64,000 bases of DNA from a virus (taxonomy: Duplodnaviria > Caudoviricetes): the IMG/VR virus record IMGVR_UViG_3300021295_000001. One strand, written 5' to 3'. Shown in pieces: positions 58,821 through 64,000 of this stretch. The notes beneath the pieces were generated by a model. The model ran no database searches. It was not told the DNA's origin and was given only the letters and a program-made list of their open reading frames with translations. The translations under genes were made by a program, and so were the position numbers. The stretch's first letter is position 1, and every line of letters begins with the position of its first letter.

Positions 58821-61466
58821 ATGGCCGAAAAAAGCAGACTGGAGATGTTAGCCTCCAAACTAAACAGGAAACGCGAGGAACTAAACCGCGCTGGTTTTCA
58901 CGTCGAAGGGACAAGCGACATGGACGTCACGTCGAATTTCAACGACGTGATGCCGTTCGTGGCGGTTTACGAGAGCACGGTGATGTCGGAGTTCCCAGAA
59001 CTCGGCTCCATCGACGAGGCCCTATGCGGACACGACCTCTTCACCGAAATGACCGAGAACGGCCTTGATGACAAGACCGCGATAGAATTCATCACGGAGA
59101 CGATTGGGAAGGCGCTTGGGTCGGACGAAGACGACGAAGAACACGTTGGCGAATCCTCGCTGACGGAGGGTGCTTCCAACTTCCACGGGGACGGTGGCGC
59201 CGAATGGTTGCCTTTATTGGTCTTCATGTCTGACGAAGAGGTATGGGACAAAATCAAATACTATGCCGAGCAGGAATACGTCGGCCACGAGGATGAGCAG
59301 GATTGGGACGAGTTCCTCCAGGAATTCGCCGACGAGCACTACGACGAATACTCGCAAGGCGTCTGCGTCTTGGACGACGACGAGATTAAGGCCCTCGAGG
59401 AGAAGATTGACGAGTTCAACTACGAAATTCACAGGCAAGGCGAGTCCATCACTGGTACCGAGGAATACGACGACGGCGACATACTGAAGAACTCCGAGAC
59501 CGAGATTAAGGGCGGTTATTACGAGGGCTATCAGATTTTCACCGAGTTCCAGTACAAGGACGACGAGAACCTATCCGAGGAACTCAGGAAGCCGTTCCAG
59601 GATTTCTACGCGGAAATCAAAAAGGAATTCGGTTTGACCGAACTTTCCGTCGCCTACAAGGCGTCCAACGGGGAGACTGGCTACAGAATCGTCGAGGAGG
59701 CCCGCGACGAAGCCAAGCGCAACCACAGACTCGGAGAATGCGACAAAGTCAAGGAATCCGTGAGTTGGTCCTATTTCGACAAATTCGACCCCATATTCGA
59801 CCAATACCTTCCCGATTACGGGGAGGGCGACGACATGGCCACCCAAGCGGTGACCGCCGTGTGCAAACTCGTTTACAAGTGGTACAACGACGGCGACGTT
59901 TTCGACAACGTCATGCAGAGGTCCATCGTCGGGTTCGGCAACGACCTGGCGTCATACGCGAACTGGCTTTACCACAACGTCCCCGAGACCAGGAAAATCC
60001 TCACGGGAATCAAAAAGGTTAGGAAGGACGGGGATTACGAGGACCTACTCCAAAAATTGGCCGACGCCGTTTTGGACGCCGAAAAACTCGATGGCCTCAG
60101 CCAAAGGAAAAAGGAAGGCTCCGTGTACGAAGGCGACTTCCCGTTCTCATACGAGTTCCGTAGCGAAAGCGAATACGACGAATCTCTTCACGAAGACGAT
60201 GACGAAATCGAGGAAGACGATGAACCTTGGGTTGGATATAAGATTTCCACACCAGATTTTCCAGATTCGGAAGATGTGTATTTCGACGATTTAGAAGAAG
60301 CGAAAAAGGCATTTGATAAACTCATCGACGAAGGAACAAAGCAAGTAAGACTGTATGCAGTTCAGGAGGCGGAATTTTCATATGGCGAGGACATCGAGGA
60401 ATTGTTGTTCTCTTATGACGACGATGACGAAGACGAATCCATCAAGGAGTCCAGTAAGGACTACTACGAATACCCCGCTGGCTCTGGTTGCCACGTAAGG
60501 GAGACCGAATCCAAATTCGTCGCCATAGGCAAAAACGGGGAGACAATCGGCGAATCCGACACCAAGGCTGGAGCCGAGGCCCTAATCGACGCCCAATGCA
60601 AGGAATGCGTTAATGAGGACACCGTGAAGCAGGGTGGCCACTGGGTCAACAAAGGCAAGGAAGGCACCCACGGAAAGTTCAGGACCAAGAAGCAGGCCGA
60701 CGCCCAGCGCAAGGCCATGTTCGCCAACGGATACAAGGAATCCACTGACCTTGGGGAAGGTGTTAAATACCACGATTTCTTGGACGATAAGGAAAAGATG
60801 AGGGATTTCAAAAAACTATCAAAGAGTGATTTCCTTAAATCGTATTCCTATCTGACGGAACTTGAATACGACCTTACCGCTAAAGCGCTTAAAGACAAAA
60901 ATAAAGCCAACGAATCCGCCGACTTGGGAGAATCCAAGAATAGCGATAACCCGTATCTTAAGAACACCCGCATCAAACTCGGCAAAGGCGAGCACGTCAA
61001 CAAAAACGCTGGCGACCCAGTCAAGAACATGCAGGCCTTCAACCACGCCATGGGCGAAGGAATCGACGCCGAAGCCGAACCAGAAGGCGAGTGCGACCAC
61101 GATTGCGAGGCTTCCATGCTCTCCAACGAGTTCAGCAAAAACGTCAAGGACGAATGGGACGCCATCGAGGGATACAACATCCTCAAAACGGAGATAGAGG
61201 CGTCGAGCCTCACCGACGAGGAGAAGGCCAAACTGGTCGCCATCGTCGACGACATCCGCGGTGAGGAATACAGGCACGTTGGCCAATTGGAGACCGCCGT
61301 CAAGACGGTCGCCCCGCAGGCCGACGACATAGAGAAGGGCAAGGAGGAGGCCGACGGGCAGGAAGCGTCCGCCGAGCATCACGAAGAGCCCGAGGAACAC
61401 GCTGAGGAAATCGCCTCCGAAGAGGAGGAGACCATCGTGGAGCCCAAGGAGGGAGAAGGCGAATAG
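58821..61466 (+). CDS. Highly acidic modular protein with C-terminal ferritin-like helix pair
   Basis: Many ES..E linkers; DEWDAIEGY...IRGEEYRHVGQL. Confidence 0.65.
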   Translation: MAEKSRLEMLASKLNRKREELNRAGFHVEGTSDMDVTSNFNDVMPFVAVYESTVMSEFPELGSIDEALCGHDLFTEMTENGLDDKTAIEFITETIGKALGSDEDDEEHVGESSLTEGASNFHGDGGAEWLPLLVFMSDEEVWDKIKYYAEQEYVGHEDEQDWDEFLQEFADEHYDEYSQGVCVLDDDEIKALEEKIDEFNYEIHRQGESITGTEEYDDGDILKNSETEIKGGYYEGYQIFTEFQYKDDENLSEELRKPFQDFYAEIKKEFGLTELSVAYKASNGETGYRIVEEARDEAKRNHRLGECDKVKESVSWSYFDKFDPIFDQYLPDYGEGDDMATQAVTAVCKLVYKWYNDGDVFDNVMQRSIVGFGNDLASYANWLYHNVPETRKILTGIKKVRKDGDYEDLLQKLADAVLDAEKLDGLSQRKKEGSVYEGDFPFSYEFRSESEYDESLHEDDDEIEEDDEPWVGYKISTPDFPDSEDVYFDDLEEAKKAFDKLIDEGTKQVRLYAVQEAEFSYGEDIEELLFSYDDDDEDESIKESSKDYYEYPAGSGCHVRETESKFVAIGKNGETIGESDTKAGAEALIDAQCKECVNEDTVKQGGHWVNKGKEGTHGKFRTKKQADAQRKAMFANGYKESTDLGEGVKYHDFLDDKEKMRDFKKLSKSDFLKSYSYLTELEYDLTAKALKDKNKANESADLGESKNSDNPYLKNTRIKLGKGEHVNKNAGDPVKNMQAFNHAMGEGIDAEAEPEGECDHDCEASMLSNEFSKNVKDEWDAIEGYNILKTEIEASSLTDEEKAKLVAIVDDIRGEEYRHVGQLETAVKTVAPQADDIEKGKEEADGQEASAEHHEEPEEHAEEIASEEEETIVEPKEGEGE

Positions 61467-61504
61467 CCTTCCTTTCCGCTTATAACCAAGGAGGAACGAC
61501 ATCA

Positions 61505-63184
61505 ATGTTCGGAATCAAATACGCGTTCATGCCACTCGTTCAATACGAGGACGAAGAGGAGGCCTACATAAGGTCTTTGCGCGAGGCCAAGGAAACCACG
61601 TTCGACATATCCGAGGATGGAATGTTCGACAGGGGCAACGCCTATTTCTACGCGAGGACTGGTAGCAAGGTCGATTTGGACGGCAAGGAATACACCGTCA
61701 CGACCGACGAGGAAGGCAACCACAGGATTGGCTATTCCGACACGATATACCTTAAGGACGCCGACGGCAACGTAACGACCGTGTCCAAGGCCGAGTTCAT
61801 CGAGAAGGCCACGCTCCTGAAAGAGGAGGCCAAGCCCGAGGAATACGGCGTTTGGCAGAACGTCGAGGCATCGAAGTACAAGAGCGGTGACCTCGCCGTT
61901 GGCTTCGTCGCCAAAGGCATGTCCAAGGAGGAAGCCGAGGCCAAAGCCAAGGAACTCTCCGACAAATACTGCAAATTCGGCGCTTGCACCTACGAGGTCA
62001 GGAAGGTCGACGAGTCGTTGGCCGAATCAGCCATCGTCGAGGAGCCCATCAAGTTGCTCGAACCCAAGTTCGATTCCAGGAAATCCTTCTACAAGAAAGC
62101 CAAGGTCGACGAAAGGGAAGACGGCACGAAGATACTTTGGTCGTACAACACCCCAGTCTGCAAGATAAAGGACGGGAAGGCCACGTTGCTCAAGAGGGGT
62201 TACCTCGGATGGTTCTCCTCCCCCACCACGCTCCGCCACGTGAAGGACTTCCTCCAGCAGAACGGATTCAAGATAGGTTCGAAATCGGAACTCGCCAAGA
62301 TGTACGAAACCGAACGCTACGACGAGTCGCTAATCACCGAGGCGGACGCCATGAAGGCCAACCTAGACGACGAGAAGGAGGTCGGGGAAGCCAAGGAAAT
62401 CCTGACCAAGGAACACGACGAGGAAGTGGAGCAGATAGTGGACGTCGACGCCAACACCGTCGCGGAACTCAAGGACTCCTACGTCGGTAACGTCATATTG
62501 CAATGCCCCGTGTGCAGGACGTTGCTCTACAAGAAGCCAGACGCCATCGAGAAAGCCGAGGATTCCGACATATACAACGTCGGCGAGGCCTGCCTGCATT
62601 GCGGTAGCGAGGACGGATACGGCTTGGTTGGCCAGGTCGCCGAACTGTCCGTGAAACCAGAAGTGGAGGACGACTCCACCACTGGCAAGGAAACAGATTC
62701 CCCCGACGTCGAGCCCGACAAGGAGGGCACCGAGTCCGAGGACGAGGTAGGCGTTGAGGTCGAGGAGACCGAGAAGGTCGGGGAACCCGTGGTAGAGGAA
62801 TCGCTCGCCAAGCCCGCAGAGGCCGACGAATTCGACGACGCGTCGTTCAACGCGCTGGTCACCGATTTCCTTACCGAGACTTACAACAACGTCACGGGAT
62901 TCACCGCCAACGAGGTGACGAAGGAAGGCTCGGACATAACCGTGTCTGGCTCAATCGCCTACGCGAGCGGTAAGGAACGCTCGACCGAGTTCAAACTGAA
63001 GGAGTCCGTCGAAGGCGGTTCAATCTCCTGGGAGGGTTCGAACCCGACGTTCGCTGGCGGTTCGTTCAGATTCGACGTCGTCAGCGAGGGGAACGTGGCG
63101 AAGGCCAAGGCCCTGTCCTACGAGATTGAGGCCAAGTCCGTCAACGAGTCCTACAAGGTCAAGGGGCGCATATCCCGCGCCTAA
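61505..63184 (+). CDS. Acidic modular protein with zinc ribbon
   Basis: SFY.KA.V...SYNT.V...S.TT.RH module; CPVC...CLHC; ESL.E linkers. Confidence 0.65.
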   Translation: MFGIKYAFMPLVQYEDEEEAYIRSLREAKETTFDISEDGMFDRGNAYFYARTGSKVDLDGKEYTVTTDEEGNHRIGYSDTIYLKDADGNVTTVSKAEFIEKATLLKEEAKPEEYGVWQNVEASKYKSGDLAVGFVAKGMSKEEAEAKAKELSDKYCKFGACTYEVRKVDESLAESAIVEEPIKLLEPKFDSRKSFYKKAKVDEREDGTKILWSYNTPVCKIKDGKATLLKRGYLGWFSSPTTLRHVKDFLQQNGFKIGSKSELAKMYETERYDESLITEADAMKANLDDEKEVGEAKEILTKEHDEEVEQIVDVDANTVAELKDSYVGNVILQCPVCRTLLYKKPDAIEKAEDSDIYNVGEACLHCGSEDGYGLVGQVAELSVKPEVEDDSTTGKETDSPDVEPDKEGTESEDEVGVEVEETEKVGEPVVEESLAKPAEADEFDDASFNALVTDFLTETYNNVTGFTANEVTKEGSDITVSGSIAYASGKERSTEFKLKESVEGGSISWEGSNPTFAGGSFRFDVVSEGNVAKAKALSYEIEAKSVNESYKVKGRISRA

Positions 63185-63199
63185 CGAAAGGAGGGACCC

Positions 63200-63697
63200 A
63201 TGGAGGCAAACGACACGGGGTTCCTTCTGAATCCCAACAACATAAAACTGCACAGGATTTGGTTCAAGCAGATGTGCGACGCCATAGGCATAAAGGTCCT
63301 TCACAGGGCGCCCAGGGCGGACAAGCATTACAACGGAAGCGGTGAACTCGATTCGTTCTACTTCGAGCCAGAGGTGGTCGGTTGCATCTTCGACGAGCAC
63401 CCGACGATATGGACGTGCAGGAAACTCGGATGGAACTCCGAATTGCAGGAGGATGCGTCCATAATACACATCCCCTACGACACCAAGGGAATCCAAGTTG
63501 GCTCGCTGTTCATCGTCCCAAGTGGCATAGACCACTCCGTCGGAAGGCTTTTCAGGGTGGTGCGCATGAGCACCATATCCGTTTACCCAGCGTCCATAGC
63601 CTGCGAGATTGCGCCCATGTGGCAATCCGATTTCGAGAAATCGCAACTCGACCACAAATACTCCGACTTCAGCCTGTTGGCAGACGAGGAGGAATAA
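63200..63697 (+). CDS. Putative head-closure/neck protein (gp14-like)
   Basis: F.QM....GI.V....P...LGW pattern and position near the gp13-like gene. Confidence 0.45.
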   Translation: MEANDTGFLLNPNNIKLHRIWFKQMCDAIGIKVLHRAPRADKHYNGSGELDSFYFEPEVVGCIFDEHPTIWTCRKLGWNSELQEDASIIHIPYDTKGIQVGSLFIVPSGIDHSVGRLFRVVRMSTISVYPASIACEIAPMWQSDFEKSQLDHKYSDFSLLADEEE

Positions 63698-63700
63698 CCC

Positions 63701-64000
63701 ATGGTGACCTACGTAAGCAGGGATTTCCCGCAGGAGTTCCTGCACCGTTGGTTGCCAGCGTTCGTCGCCAAAAGGATGCGTTCCAACTCCAACTCCGTGA
63801 GGGCCAAGGCGATGGACAAGGCGCTGAGGAACAAATACGGGGTTTCGCTCGACGACGTCATAATGGCTCTGTCGTCGACCGACATGGCCCAGGACGACGG
63901 GGCAAAGGAGAGGATAACCGTGCCCGCGGAGGCGACGCTGAACGGGCATTCGCTCAGCGAGATAGTCAGGTTCGTGGACGACGGGGACCTAAGCGTGTTC
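63701..64000 (+). CDS. Hypothetical protein, runs off window
   Basis: ATG 63701 after GGAGG; open to the window end. Confidence 0.6.
   Translation, partial: MVTYVSRDFPQEFLHRWLPAFVAKRMRSNSNSVRAKAMDKALRNKYGVSLDDVIMALSSTDMAQDDGAKERITVPAEATLNGHSLSEIVRFVDDGDLSVF

Noticed and set aside
1-64000. CRISPR array, rRNA, integrase or IS transposase
   Set aside because: No regularly spaced repeats or recognisable motifs were found.

Overview
This window is part of a large T4-like (jumbo-type) dsDNA phage genome in standard code 11, probably infecting a gut or rumen Bacillota host (inference). 1-6.1 kb: tail-fibre/adhesin genes. 7-19 kb: a leftward, sigma70-driven array of about 36 small genes from a few paralog families, plus a nicotinamidase and an ASCH protein. 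19-32.8 kb: late genes, including a class-3 lipase invaded by a homing endonuclease, a 1.3k-aa multidomain protein, holin-like genes, fibres and a glycosyltransferase. 35-44 kb: T4-like head module with terminase (mini-intein), portal, protease-scaffold fusion and a major capsid gene split by a group I intron. 44-64 kb: two more endonucleases, four giant acidic multidomain proteins, neck genes and a 1.2-kb structured non-coding region. A TGCTAAATT motif (13 exact copies found) precedes the late units. Best candidates for new biology: (1) virion cargo polyproteins whose domains (ART-like, PemK-like, nucleotidyltransferase, LRR, ferritin-like) are separated by T4 gp21-type LxE protease sites; (2) a large pseudoknot-rich RNA with its own promoter and terminator; (3) a homing endonuclease that supplies a replacement 3' half for its host lipase gene. 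All family assignments come from motif recognition by eye; no database searches were run.
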